Origin: Camelus dromedarius
Taxonomy: Eukaryota
Length of the DNA: 64,000 nt
Assembly (NCBI RefSeq): GCF_036321535.1
Contig: NC_087437.1
Location: 88,848,001 to 88,912,000 of the forward strand
Direction of reading: 5' to 3'
The position numbers and the translations under genes were made by a program. The notes beneath the pieces are model-generated. The model was not told where the DNA came from. It saw only the letters and a program-made list of their open reading frames with translations, and did no database searches. Shown in pieces: positions 39,678 through 53,384 of this stretch (position 1 is the stretch's first letter; each line of letters begins with the position of its first letter).

Positions 39678-40163
39678 TATTATTAGTCATGATTCACAAG
39701 AAAAAAAGGAGTAATAGGATATGCATATGTGTGTGTTTGTAATTTGTTTATTAATTTATCTATTCATTCATTCATTCATTCATTGTGCAAGTCTAAAATT
39801 GGCGGTGTAGGCTGGCAGTTGGGAGACCCCAGAAAAGAGCTAATATTGCAGGCTGCAGTCAAAATTTTCTCTTCTTTAGGGAACGTCATTCTGTTTTCAC
39901 TTAAGGCCTGTTTTAGACAGAATAGGAGAGTTAGGCTGAGCTTGTAATAATCAAACCTCAGTTGCTTAATGCAAGAAACATTTATTTCAACTCATTGCAT
40001 GAGGCCTACCCACATTATGAGGCTAGTCTGCTTTACTCACAGTCTACTGATTTAAATGTTAATCTTATCCAGAAAATGCCTTCACAGCAATATCTAGACT
40101 AGTGTTTGATCAAATATCTGAACATCATGACCTACCCAAGATGCCACATAAAATCACCACCAC
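39678..40163 (-). mobile_element. ERVL solo LTR (MLT2-like)
   Basis: 'tgcaagtctaaaatt...ggagaccccag', 'atgaggcctacccacattatga...ctgctttactc...gatttaaatgttaatc' and the end 'cacataaaatcaccaccaca'. Confidence 0.85.
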
Positions 40164-43100
40164 AGGTCAGAAAGCTACTGGTAGAATGCTTAGAAAATTA
40201 TTTAAAGGAAGAATTTTTTCTCACATATTAATATAATTTGTACTTTTAACATAGAAATTTTAGAATAAATGCATAACACTCAAATGTCATTCTAGACTCA
40301 TTTCATATTTAAATGTGTTTTTAAAGTATCCATGATTAAGCCCAAGTCTACAGAATTTTTGCGGACAATGTTGACTTATCCCCTCCTCTGCTCGGAGAGA
40401 AGCTGCTGTCCAAGTAAAAACAGCTCAGTGCAACTCAACAGGTATTGACAGGGAATGTGTTGATAGGCTTCTTTACCTGAGGGACCATGTATTTTCTTGG
40501 TAGGCTCTAAAGCACTGTTCACATAGGGAGCACCTAAAATATTGCTTTAATATGTTACAAATGAAATTCCTTCTCTTTCAGAGATTTTTAATTTGGAGAT
40601 TAAGGAATTCACAAAAATTGACTTATTTTAAAAGAATGACTTGTATGTGACTTTTGTGTTCTAAGTACATCTCAGGAAAAATTAGGTGGAAGAAGTACTG
40701 AATCAGGCGTTGTGAGAGTTGGTATCTCCCTCTGGCTCAGTGACAAACAAAAGGAGTAGCTCAGGACACATCAACCCTCCCTGCACCTGAGTTCCCCACT
40801 TAGCAAAGGACAGACTCGGACCAGAGAACTTTGAGGCCATAGAGATTCTAAGATTCTGTAATTCTTTGAAACATTCTAGGGCTCTATTAACTTTTTTATT
40901 TCTTCTAAATTATCTCGGTCATGTTATTCATAACATGAGATAATGTCCTTAAAGCATAATAAATATCAAAATAATACCTTTAAATTGTTTTGCAATTTTT
41001 AGAAGAAAAATCTTGTAGAAAGAAGAATTATATAATTAATAAAGAAAAACCAGATGGCATGTAATAAACAGAAACATTCTGGTGTTGTATCATCCAGTTG
41101 TAGTTGAAAGATATTTTGAAAAAGAAAAATAAAAGCAATGATAATCATTTTGAAAAGACTGACTTCCTTCAGGATTATGGCTGACACTTCTGATTATCTC
41201 CAGTGTTGTTATGGTTGACAGTTTGAATAAGACTACCCGAAATATTAGCAACCCAGCCCCAAAGAGTGTCAAAACCTCCATGTCCGGAATGAAAGTCAAA
41301 CTCCCTACATAATCCACAATTACAAGACTCTTGCGAATCACAGTCCTGTGATTTCTTTTTTTTTTTTTTTTAATAGGAAATCTACAAGCATAGTAATTGC
41401 TTCTTGGTAGGATACTGTTGGTTTTATTTTTCCCCCAGAGGGGTCAAATTTAAACCATCTGCAGACAGATGGAAGGGAAAGTGGAATTAGGGCTGTTACC
41501 AAAATCTTCTGCAGCTGTCAGGATGTGTTAGAGGCAATCCCAGTGGTCCTAACAGGCACTACTACATCCTGGGAGAAAGAAGCAAGACTTTGGGGGAGAG
41601 GGACGTTCTTCTAGCTGATTTATTTGGCGAATGTGGCTAAGTGATGACTGGACTCATCTTTGCATTCTGTTTCTAGGGACTGGCCTGTAGATTCTACTCA
41701 AAGTCTTTGGTGTACTTTCTGCTCTTCAGGTCACACTATGATTTCCAATCATTCAAGGGAGAACCAGCTCAGGCCCCAGGCACTGATTTCTCACACCTCC
41801 CACGCCCACATTCTTCCTGTTATGATCATTATCAGATCTCTCCTATTTGTTCTGACCTTTGAAGAGAAGGAGAAAAAGAATGAGTCCGGTACACTGCGAA
41901 TTTGGCCATTTCATGAAATACAACAAAGCTAGCCTGTACAGTGGAAGCAGGGGTCTTCTGGAGACACTCACACTCTTTTCATATTGGATACACCTCCCAG
42001 ACCCTTCTCAGTTTCTGGATTCGTCTGGTGACAATCATTCTAGCTTGCTGTAGGTTTATTTTTTATTTTCAATTTATTTCACGTAAGCACATTAAACATG
42101 CTCGTGCTTGGGGTCTCACAGAGCTTGCCAGAGTCAAATGGGTTCTTGGCATGTTAGGCCCCCATTAACAAGGAAGGGGAAAAGGGAAGAACATACAGAA
42201 GAAATATTAATTTACCTTAAGAAGAAAATTTGCCTAATAGCCATCGTCCATATTGTGCTTTTGTTGATGTTTGGGGTTCTTTTCCTCTTCTCTGATAAAC
42301 TCTGTAGTTTTTTTTTTTTTTTTTTTTTTACTAGATAGAAAATTGATTCCATATTAAAAATTTCTCACAGTGGCCAAGTCATCCTGCTATTGTTTCTCAG
42401 ACGTGTCACATGCCTTCCAGATCCCACAGCGTCTGCTCACTACATGCTCCCTTTTGAGGCTGCTCTGATTTACTCACTTCCCTTGTTTCAATCTTACTCA
42501 CCTCCTAAGACTCCAAAGCCTTCCTTTATTCTGCATGTAGCATTTATTATCTGCTGCAATTATCAGCCACACAGTAAATGTTACCTGGATCCATTTACCT
42601 TTCTGCACTTTTACCATTTCTCCAAGTAGACTTTTAACCTCTCAGTGGCCAAGATCTTGGGATACACTTCTCAGTGATAACTATCTTTGAAGCACTTTAC
42701 ACAGACTAGGAGTTCTTTAAATGATGATGATGATCATAATGTGAGGTCCCACTTGGAATGGTACATTTGGGATGGAAAAAAATTTTTTTAAATACTTGTG
42801 GCAATAATTGCATCATCTAATATTTTCAAGATGTCAGGCTAAAAATATGTTCAAAGATAAAAGTCCTGTTGGCTTAAGTTTCACCATTTATCATGACTTA
42901 GTAGTATTCAGGTTTGCTTTTATTTAAGGGCAGCGCCTCTTTCCAGCAAGAGGGTGGAATGCGACGAGTTTTCTGAGCAAGAATGAGGAAGTAGTTTAAC
43001 CCTTGCAAATTTGAAAATTAAAACAAAGGTCATTACTGGAATGTAGGCAAAAGGAAGATTGGAACCCAAAGATGAAAGAAAGGGCTTAGAGGAAGAAAAC

Positions 43101-43414
43101 ATATGGTTCACTTCAAACATGTTCTTGGTGCATGAGGTCCAGATTGACTTCTGTATGAAAGAAGCTATAGCAGAAGGGACTGAGTGTAATCTAATTTTCT
43201 CAGTGGGGTCATTTGTGTTGAGAATGAGTATGCAGTTTTGTTGGTTGTCCAAGAATACCACAGAAGTGCTTCAAGCATCAGTCAACTTCATGACTGCTAA
43301 AATTTAAAAAAAATAATAATTATTAATGTGAGAGTTATTCACATCCATATATTGATACACTGATTGGTAAGCCCTTCACTTATTCCTGGAAGGAAGGGAG
43401 ACAGGAAACTGCAG

Positions 43415-43672
43415 GTAACCATACTTATATTCTTTTAGTGACGATTTGTGCTGGCACTCTTTTGAGGGCTTTGTGTATATTGATCCTCTTAATTCTTACA
43501 GTCACTCTAAGAGGTATGTGCTTTTATTATCCTAATTGTTCAGAAGGAAAAATAGAGGCATAGAGAAGCTAAGCAACTGGTTCAAGCTCACACGTGGCTA
43601 GTGAGTGGAGAAAATGAGATTCAAACACAGAGAGTCTGGATCCAAGGGGCAGGTCCCTAAACATCACACTAA
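43415..43672 (-). mobile_element. MIR SINE
   Basis: 'tgtgctggcactc...aattcttaca...attatcc...gaggcatagagaagctaagcaact...gattcaaacacag'. Confidence 0.85.
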
Positions 43673-44811
43673 ACCACCGCACATGACATTGAATATTTCA
43701 GGTAGTTTTGTGGCAAGAATCAGGCAAGGATGGGATTGGGATAAGTTTACAGTTGGTCATCTGCATAGGACCTCTGGACTTTGAGAGCAGCTGATGCAGG
43801 CAGGCAAGTAGTACATTTGTTACCCAATGGTTTCTCTCTGGTCCTGAATGAGGGTACCTCTGCATGAATGCATTTTAATACATCTTTTGAGTCCTTGCTT
43901 GATAATATGTCAGGTCTTTGGCCATCAGCCGGCTGGGTGCTGGAGTCATGCTTGCCCAAGTACAATCTAGGAAGCCATAGTTTCCTCCACATCCTTGGCT
44001 TTAGCACAGTTGTGATTCTGATACTGATATGAGGTTCTGTTCTGCAATTGTTCCCTCTTTGAGCCAGAGTTGTTTGTGTTGTCAGTAAAGCTGGCTCGGG
44101 GCTTGTCTGCAGTTAGTGCTGCTTGGCTGATTCACACAGTGGAACAGAGCACCGAGTGAAGGTCCAGTCACACCCCCAGTCTAATAAATTTCATCCCCAC
44201 AGTGCTCGTAGAAACACCAGACTTCTTATGCTTATTGGATGGTGAAAATACCCACTATATTCTTGTATCACATCTTGGTATTTTGTTGAATGTTTAACAC
44301 AGAATGTTAAATATTATATAACTCAAACCATCTTATTTATATTAAAATTTATATCCTTAAATATTTTTAATACATCAAAATATTAAAAGCCTAATTATTG
44401 ACCATTGCAACTTCCATAAAGGCTCATGTTCCAAATTTATTTTCTCACTGGGCAGTTAGATTGAGAGGGTCTCTATTGCATAATTTGTTGCCTTGTGTTT
44501 ATTTCTCATCCTACCATCCTTATACAGGCGGTCAGTTTGACTTCCATCTGAAGTGTAGTTATTTTGTTTCAAATATTTCAAATTTCAGTCCACTGCTACT
44601 AGGATGCATCTCTCACACCTTTATTTTTTTGTTTTATTTTTTGACATTGTGTTGCTCATCACTGCTACTCATCTGCCTTTCCAGTTGCCACTATTTCTCT
44701 TCCTAGAGATACTTCTCTTTAGATTTTTTTTTTTTTTTATCATTTCCTCCACTCAACACAGAAGATCTTTAACTAATTGTAAAGCAATGTTAAACTACAA
44801 CCCTGGCTGAT

Positions 44812-46450
44812 AGAACTTCCAGTTCAAGTCATAACACAGAGCACATGTATTACTTTCACTTCCTTCCTGAAAATTCAGTGAGATGGCAATACAAATGACC
44901 AAAACAAAATTAATAAATAAAAAAAGCTGAGTAAAGTGAAGCCATTATCAGGACGAATATTTAATTTTCTGAATGATAAAGTTCAGATGGAATTATTTGA
45001 AAGATAAATCAGAGGAAGGACATCCAAGTTTAAAGCCAATAAAGAAGAAAACTTTATGAAATAAAAATAAGCTGCTATGTATTAAAAAAAAAACAAAACC
45101 CACAATCACCAACATAAAATGTTAAAAATAGACTTTAAGAAAAAAAATCTAGGAAATTATCAGAATATAAACAAAAAGAGAAAGAGATGAAAAAGTAAGA
45201 AATGAATATTAGAGATACAGAGAAGGAAAACATTGTGAGAAGGAAAACATCTATGAAGTAGGAATTTCAGGAAGGCAGAGTGAAGAAAATGGAGGGTGTG
45301 GCAGACACAACAGTTGTGCTGAAAATTGTCTGTCTTAATTCCCAGAACCTGTGAATATGTTGCCTTACATGGCTAAAGAAAATTTGCAAGTGTGATTCAG
45401 TTGATGATCTCAAAACGGGAGGAGTGTCCTGATTGGTAGGCCCAAAATAGTCACAAAGATCTTTATTAGAGGAAGGTGAGAAGGTCAGAGTAAGAGAATA
45501 TGATAAAAGAAGGAGAAGTCTGAATGCTTTGAGGAAGGGACCATGAGCCCATGAAGACAGGTAGCCTTGGGAAGGTGGAAAACAAAAGGAAGTGGATTCC
45601 ATTTTAGAGCATCCAGAACAAATGTAGCTCTGTTGACATCTTAATTTTAGGACTTCTGATGTCCAGAACTACAGATAATAACTTTGTGTTGTTTTAGGCC
45701 ACTAAGTTTGTTTATAGAAGCAGTGGGAAATATAATAGAGAGAGAATAAAATAATCAAAGAAAAAACAGAGTGGAATTTCCTAAAGACCAAAAGAAAACA
45801 GTGCATTCAAGAATAAATGAATACTTTTAGTACAGAACAACATTTGATGAAAAAAACACAAAACCCCACACAACTAGATACATCATAAAATTTAGAACAA
45901 GATAAGATCTTCAAAGTTGTTGGCAGGAGGATTTAAAACAAAAGTTAAAGCTATACTAAACAAACTAAACAGCTACATACAAAGGATCAATTTTAAGATG
46001 GACATAATGTTTCTCACAAGCATCACTGGATGATGGAAGATGATGGCACATTCACTTCAAAGGATGTCTAGGATAAATGGTTTAAAAAAATTGATATCTA
46101 TCCATGGGAAAACTATTAATCAAGGTGAGAAATAAAGGCATTTTGGAAATATAAAAACTCAGATAGTTTACCACCTATAAATCCTTCCTTAAAGAAATAC
46201 ACAAAAGTGCACTCTGGCAAAATAAGGCCTGAATCTGAGAAAAAGGAAAATAGGGGATTTAGGAACCCATGTCCCAGATTCAGGAAAATGAATCATAGAA
46301 ATTTCTAGATAACGAGTAAGTAGCAATGTAGAAATCAAGCAAATAATATTAAAATAGGAAGTCATTGAGTCTTGAGAAGAACTTGCTCATGAAGAAAATG
46401 AATGTGATGGAGCCAATGATATAATGAGAAAGCTAGATGTTCTTGGTGAC
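44812..46450 (+). mobile_element. Ancient L1 ORF1 / HAL1-like fragment, interrupted by an MLT1
   Basis: Begins 'gaacttccagttcaag'. Strongly A-biased degenerate ORF1-like blocks include 'aataatcaaagaaaaaacagag..aatttcc', 'actagatacatcataaaattt' and 'gcatcactggatgatggaagatgatgg'. Confidence 0.55.
45298..45737 (+). mobile_element. MaLR solo LTR (MLT1D-like)
   Basis: 'tgtggcagac...aattcccagaacctgtgaatatgttgccttacatggc...ggacttctgatgtccagaact...tgtgttgttttaggccactaagtttg'. Confidence 0.9.
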
Positions 46451-48434
46451 AAGGTCAGTGCAGATCAAATCATAAAATCTTGTAAAACGATTCACACTAT
46501 ACCCTCACAATTATATCAGTTTTCAATATTTCTTTGTTACTTGAAGTTTTATCCTCTCATACATTTGAAGAATTTATTAATATATATATATGTTGGTTTG
46601 GTTACAGAAAGCAAAGACTAGTTGAAAACTCTTTTGCAAGGCAAAGGTGACTCTGAACCAGGCTCTGATTTTTAGTGAATATTGACTGATGCTGTTCTTA
46701 CTGTTTTGTTTTTATCCTCTCTAAGCTCATCAATAAATTCCTATTTATATGTAAGTTAAAGAATTACTTTAAATGAAGTACCATGCAAAAGCCTCAACAT
46801 AATATAGACATTTATTATATGTTTTTTGCCTTCATATTCTAGTTTTGGAAACATAAATTTGAACTCTTTTACTAGTCACTATCCTCAATAAGATCTTGAA
46901 TTCTTACAGTTTGTAAGGTCATACTTCCATTTAGAGTCAAGATTCTCTTTAGAGTCTCTTTAGAAGTAGCTGCTTTTCCAGGTGTCTACCTGCAGTCAAA
47001 GTCTAAATTTCAAACGCAAGCACTAATGAGGGGATTCTTGACATTTTCAAGAGTGTTTCTTTTCCTTATTGTGGTTAAATAAATGCTTGTTTAGGGAACA
47101 GGAAGGACAACCTTAAACTGTTTCACAAGCTTGTTCCTTTTTACACCTACTCCTACTACTCATTGCCCAGGGAGTTTGAAAGAACATCCCGGATGCCTGA
47201 CAGCATAGTTGCAAAATCTGTAGCAATTGAAATGGTCCAACCATTTTTATAAACATTTGGCTTTCAACTGAGACTTTTAAAGGTTTCAACGTTATTTGCA
47301 GTTCCTGGCAATATTTTTAAGAACAAAATGAAGGAACCTGATTTCCCATTAACCAATGATTCTTCAGTCTACTCTTATTTAGCTATTTGTAGCCTCTCAT
47401 CATCTGACCTCCTAAGAAACATAGACGTTCTTTTGGCATTTTCTCCATCTTAAGTGTCTGATAAAGATTTCTGCAACATATTTCCTCCATAGATGGTATA
47501 TCTAAAGTGGTTTGAGTCATAACCATATCGGAGACTTTTTATTCATCATATCAGAGATAACATTTCTATCAGATCTTACCAGTATGTGTATTTCAGACAG
47601 ACATTCTCTCTAAATCTTTTCCTGTACCCTCAGCTCTTTGATTCGGTGCTGTGTCTGTGAAAGCTTATGCACAGACAACGAGGGCAGCATTGACTTTACT
47701 GCACTTCTTCAGGGGTACTGCCGAGGGGTTCTTTCTCTTTATGCTCAGGGATGGCAGCATAAAGAAGAGGGAGTGTCCTGTTTTGCGTCTGCCTGCCAAT
47801 TCCCAGCCAGAGGGCTCTCTTGCTATAATACACTCAAATTACCTTCTAATTCTGAAGAATCTGGCTAATGCTTTGCTGTAGTGATGTTTCTCGTCCTCTC
47901 ATCCACGAGCATGCAGGCACAAATACAGTGACCCCCCCCAAGACCTGCTAGCACACTGCAGAAGAGTGTGGGTGGACTTCCAGTTTCCAGTTCTGCATGT
48001 GAGAAGACTAGAAGTCACCCACTCAGTCCTAACCACAAGTAAAAAGCTGACCAGACTGAAAAATCAACAACTCATCCTAAGAGAGAGGTAAGTTTGCAGG
48101 GAAGACTGCTGTCTTTAAGACCAGAGAGGCAATAAGGCAAATACAGGGAGTCTTGGCTTATCAGAGCAGAGATTCACCAGCAGAAAGTGCCATGGAAACC
48201 AGCGCTGGGGTAGAAAAACCTCAGCTGTAGTTGATACATTTCTGGAGGCTCTCTGTAGACAAATCTGAGAGTTAAAAATGCCAGGCGACTCAGTCATAGG
48301 GGTTTCCCCACCACAGTGTGAGATTTATCTCCAGGAGCTTGACCAGCTTCTCACAGTAAATGTCTGAGAAAAGTAGCCTCAGGCTTCCCGCAGTGGGAAA
48401 GGGAAAAGGAACCACTGTGAAATACCCAAGAGTA

Positions 48435-48859
48435 CAGGTTTCCGTCACTTTTTAAAAGTAGGGTTTTCCTATGAAAACTTTCATAATCTGAAAAGACATA
48501 AAGCAAAGAAGCAAATTACCTTAGGACACGTCTTGCTAATAGATGCACAAAATAAATCAAGACATAGCACAGATGCTCACAGACACGAATCAAAGCCATA
48601 ATGGCTTGATACTGAGATGCTGAATGTAGGTCCTGGGAAAGGAGTTTGATGGTACCGCTCTCACCGCTCCAGGTATGCGCTGCCTCTGTAATGGCTCTCT
48701 GTAAAACAAACACTGAACACTATTTTTGTTTTTTCCTTTTTTTGTGAATGCTAAAATCCTCTTCGGATTTCTTTTGGTTAGCAAAAACAGGTACTAAGGT
48801 GGGTCTTTCATAAAAGTGAAGTGGCATAAAGTGAACTTTCAGAAAGCAGGGGATACTTG
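48435..48859. mobile_element. TcMar-Tigger MITE (Tigger6a-like) with TA TSD
   Basis: TA|caggtttccgtcactttttaaaagt ... actttcagaaagcaggggatacttg|TA. Imperfect TIRs, about 425 bp. Confidence 0.85.
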
Positions 48860-49010
48860 TACTCTGTTCTTTCAAAAAAGGCTTGCCCTCTGGGGGAACG
48901 AGGTAACCAGAATCTAACCTGCTGGGGTTTTATCAGAGCCTGAGTAATGTGAGGAAAGGCAATACCCAACCCTAGTCCACTCTAGTCTTCCACGTGGCAG
49001 AAGGGAAATA

Positions 49011-49231
49011 CAGTTGATCCTTGAACAACATGGGTTTGAACTGCCTGAGTTCACTTATAGATAAACTTTTTTGAATACATACTACAGTACTACACAATCC
49101 ATGGCTGCACAGTTGGATCTGCAAATGTAGAACTGTGGTTACTGAGGGCTCACTATGGGTCTTGAGTATCCTGGAATTTTTTGTTTGTGGTCAGTCTGGG
49201 ACCAATACCCACAGAGACCAAGGGATAACTA
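49011..49231. mobile_element. TcMar-Tigger MITE (Tigger2a/MER8-like) with TA TSD
   Basis: TA|cagttgatccttgaacaacatgggtttgaactg ... accaatacccacagagaccaagggataacta|TA. Confidence 0.88.
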
Positions 49232-50682
49232 TACTTAACTCAAGCCCACACCAGCCATCTTGTCCCAGCCAAGTGGGGAGATAAAAAGCTGTGAAACACT
49301 TGTCAGGCTCACAGTCCAGAGGCATAGGGTCACTCAAAGACCAAGATCTAATCATAGGACTATAGAAAGTTTCCCCTCCCCCTGTACTTCACCACCACAT
49401 TACTGAAGGCTTATTCACAGCAGCTCCTTTTACTCAGTGTTGCCATTGATCAGCTCTCAAGAAAAATTACATGGCATACCAAAGGCAAAAAACACAATCT
49501 GAAGAGACAGAGCAAGTATCAGAACCAGACATGGCAGGGATGTTGGAATTATCAGACTGAGAATTTGAAACAACTGTGATTGATATGGCAAGGGCTCTAC
49601 TGGATAAAGTAGACAGCATGCAAGAACAGATGTGCGATGTAAGCAGAGATGGAAATCCTAAGAAAGAATAAAAAGAAATGCTAGAGATCAAAAACACTGT
49701 AACATGAATGAAAAATGCCTTTGATGAGCTTATTGGTAGACCAGATATGGCTGAGGAAGGAATTTCTGATCTAAAGTGTTAATCAATGCACTCCTTGGAA
49801 ACTAAAAAGGAAAGAGAACAAAGACCAAGACAAACAGAACAGAATATCCAAGGACTGTGAGAATACTAAAAAAGGTGTGACACACATGTGGGAGCAAAAA
49901 ACAGGAAGGAAAAGAAGGAATATTTGAAACAATCAAGACAGAATTTCCCTAAATTAATGTCAGATGTCAAACCACAGCTCCAGGAAGTTCAGAAAACACC
50001 AAGCAGGATAAATGCAAAAACAAATAAACAAAAACAAAAGCAAACTACACCTTGGGATAACATTCTTAAAATACAGAATATCATAGATAAAGAAGTAATC
50101 CTGAAAGAAATCAGAGGGGGGAAAAACACCGTATCTATAGAGGAATAAAGATAAGAATTATATCCAACTTCTCCTTAGAAACCATGCAAGCAAGAAGAGA
50201 GTGGGACGACATATTTAAAGTGTGGGGGGAGGGGGGACAGCAGATGAGAATTCTGTACCTGTAAAATTATCTTTCAGAAGTGAAGGAGAAATAAAAACTT
50301 TCTTAGACAAACAAAAATCGAGGAAATGTGTTGCCAGTAGACCTTTGCAAGAAATACTTTAAAAAATGCAACTTCTTTTGAGAAAAGGAAAATAATACAG
50401 GTCAGATACTCAGATCCACATTAAAAAAAGGGAATAAGGAAAGGTAAAATAAAAACTTTAATTTTTCTTATTCATTGTTCTAGCATTTTTTTTCAAATTA
50501 AAAATAGAAAACATGTTTTAATTATATATGCTTATGTATGTATCTTCTATATTTTTGCTATGTATGCTTATATATAAATGAAATAAATGATAATTCAAGG
50601 GATGGGGGAAGGAATTAGGATAATTTTGTCATTTTAAGATACTCACACTACCCATGAAATGTTCATTGAAAGTGGACTTGGA

Positions 50683-50832
50683 TGTAATGTACACACAGGG
50701 AATATACTGAGTATTTTATAATAATTTTAAATTAAGTACAATTCATAAAAATATTAAAGCACTGTATTTTACAGCAGAAACTAATATAATATATTAAATC
50801 AATGTCTCAATTTAAAAAACTAAATTAAAAAA
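50683..50832 (+). mobile_element. Short L1 3' end with 15-bp TSD
   Basis: gaaagtggacttgga (50668-50682) / gaaagttgacttgga (50833-50847) flank an L1 tail that ends in an A-rich tract. Confidence 0.85.
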
Positions 50833-51565
50833 GAAAGTTGACTTGGAAGCATAACTGATATGCTAAGAAAAGAGATAAAACAGAATCATACAAAATGCTC
50901 AATTAAAACCACAAAAGACAGAAAAAAAGCAGAATACAAAAATAGGAGCAAAGAGTAAGGACAGCAAACAGAAGCTGGGCTCAGCTAATTCTCTTTTTCT
51001 CCTACTTGACTTGCTAAGAAATTGGATTTTCAAGATAGAGGATGGGGCATGTCATTCACAAATCTTCATGGGAGCTCTTCGTTTTGTCTTATTTGGGTTT
51101 GGCCTCCCTCTGTTTATTGCACATACACTCACTGATATTATTTCTGTCAGTCTTGTCCACTTTGTAGTTGGGCCTCCTACATGCCTCTAAAACTAAAATT
51201 TGAAATTTTGAATTTATGGTTATGACTGTCCTTACGGGAGAATAGCCATCTCCCATCTGGTTAATTCAGTTGACCCTCACTTTCAGTTGTCAGAGACATG
51301 CAGTTCTCCTCCATGCATCGTCATGGTCTTGATTTGAGTTAACTCATCCCATGACAGTACGGTTGTTCACAGATCTGGCAACTTCCAATATGGTCTCTCT
51401 ACTGTAGAACTATGGAAGGACCAAGAGGGTGTCCGCCATGTCTCTCTCACCATGCTGCTCCACCTTCTTGACCAGACTGGGCTACCTCATGTTAGCACAG
51501 TTTGCAGAGCCTACTGGTTCCGCCAAATGATCTAAATTGAAGGAGTTAGTCGCAAGCCCCTGAAC

Positions 51566-51658
51566 TTTTTATTAAAGCATAGTTGACTTACAATGTTGTG
51601 TTAGTGTCTAGTGTACAGCAAAATGATTGTTATGTATATATAGAGGTGTGTATGTGTA

Positions 51659-51692
<34 letters not shown>

Positions 51693-52198
51693 CGTGTGTA
51701 TATACACATTCTTTTTCATTATAGGTTATTACAAGTTATTGAATATAGCTCCTTGTGCTATACAGTAGGACCAGTGGTTTATCTACCTTGTATATAATAG
51801 TTTGTGTCTGCTAACCCTGAACTCCCAAGTTATCTTTCCCCCTTCTTCCCCTTTAGTGATCATGTTTCTTTTCTATATCTGTGAGTCTCTTTCTGTTTTA
51901 TAAACAAGGTCATTTGTGTCATTCTTTTAAATTTCACATATAAGTGATATTATATGATATTTGTCTTTCTCTGTCTGACTTACTTCACTTAGTATGATAA
52001 TCTCTAGGTGTATCCATGTTGCTGCAAATGGCCTTATTTCATTCTTTTTTGTGGCTGAGTAGTATTCCATTGTATAAATATACCACAACTTCTTTATCTG
52101 TCCATCTGTCAATGGACATTTAGATTTCTTCTAATTCTTGGTTATTGTAATAGTGCTGCTATGAACATTGGGGTACATTCATCTTTTTGAATTAGAGT
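51566..52198 (-). mobile_element. 5'-truncated L1 3' end with an internal (TA/TG)n tract
   Basis: Antisense L1 3'UTR and ORF2 end (the minus ORF reads [41 protein letters not shown]). TSD ccctgaacttt (51558) / ccctgaatttt (52199). Confidence 0.93.
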
Positions 52199-53384
52199 CC
52201 CTGAATTTTATACTCTCCTCAAATTGTTTAATAGACTTTCCTCACCCCCAGTGTCAAACCCAGAGAGGGAATACTGAGACACAAGGCAGTCTCCTTCTCT
52301 CCCCCACCTCCATTTTCTGACCACCCTTCAGGGTCAGAGTGAGTGTTATTCCACTTATCACACTGGCACCTTCCTTTCTATATTAACCTCCTTTCTCTAA
52401 CTATTGGAAAATACCTCATTGAGCCCTTCAAATATTAAATGAAAACTAAAGCAATCAAGCTAATCTTTATTTTTGTCTCCAGTGTGAGATTTAAGGTCAC
52501 TGTCTTATTGTGAAATATGACTGATACTGTAACTGTTACCACCTTTTTTCCTCTTTACATTTCTTCTGAAACATGCTTTAATTTTCTCATCCCCCAACAA
52601 CTGATGCCTATAGCCCTGGTCAATTAGCATGGTGGTTACACATGCAGAAAAGCAGAAGAGTAAAGTTCAGTAATACTTTTCAAATCATTACCTTCCTTGC
52701 CATTTTCCTCTCTCTTCTCTTTAGAATTTAGATGTACATTTCAACTGCCCGCCTAAAAACGTCTAGTCTGATAATCAGTGCAAAATCTTGAAGCCAAACC
52801 TGAATTCCTTATGTCCTCCTCTCCCTGTCAAACTCTCTTATAAATCTCATTTAATGGTATCATTTCTAATTCAGTGCCCTCCTCCAGAAACTACAGTCAC
52901 ACTTGGCTTCATCATTTCCTCCCTCTTACCCTTCCTTCCAATTAAGATTCGGCTCAGTTATACTGCCTCCACAATTGTCTTCCCCAAATCCTTAGGAAAA
53001 TAATTGACCTTTCTAAATGCATCCTTCCTTTTTTTCTTTCTCCCAAACATAGATCACAGGTTGTTAAAAGAATTAAGTGAGATAATGGATAGATGTAGAT
53101 TTCTTGGTAAATGGTAGCAATTACTCTTTATTTCTCTCCTCATAAACTTCCATAAGGTTCTCCTTTTCTACTGAGTCCTTCTGTGTTACCTTCAAGCTTC
53201 TAGCAAAATATTTAAGAATCTTCACCATCTGCCACCATCTTTAAGACCTTGAGAACTGAGTATTCAAGCCACTTGGAATGTTTTCCCCTTTGGCAACATG
53301 TCTGGCTTTTTCACAATGAGGTGTGCTCTCCATTATTCATCTCACTGCTTAAAATGCATCTCTGCCCCCTGTCCACTGTGCAGC

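Larger units (their letters stand above)
47975..50972 (+). mobile_element. Old L1 5' half (L1MD-like 5'UTR, ORF1, inter-ORF) with nested insertions
   Basis: 5'UTR 'gacttccagtttccagttctgcatgt...aaaagctgaccagactgaaaaatcaacaactc'. ORF1 relics include QNFPKLMSDVKPQLQEVQKTPSRINAK (49888-50148) and 'gaaaccatgcaagcaagaagagagtgg'. Confidence 0.88.

Noticed and set aside
42925..42965. CTCF site
   Set aside because: Only a partial match to the core (GGCGCTG); too many mismatches to call without a PWM scan.
49888..50148. ORF1p-like protein
   Set aside because: Fragment of a disrupted old L1 ORF1, not an independent gene.
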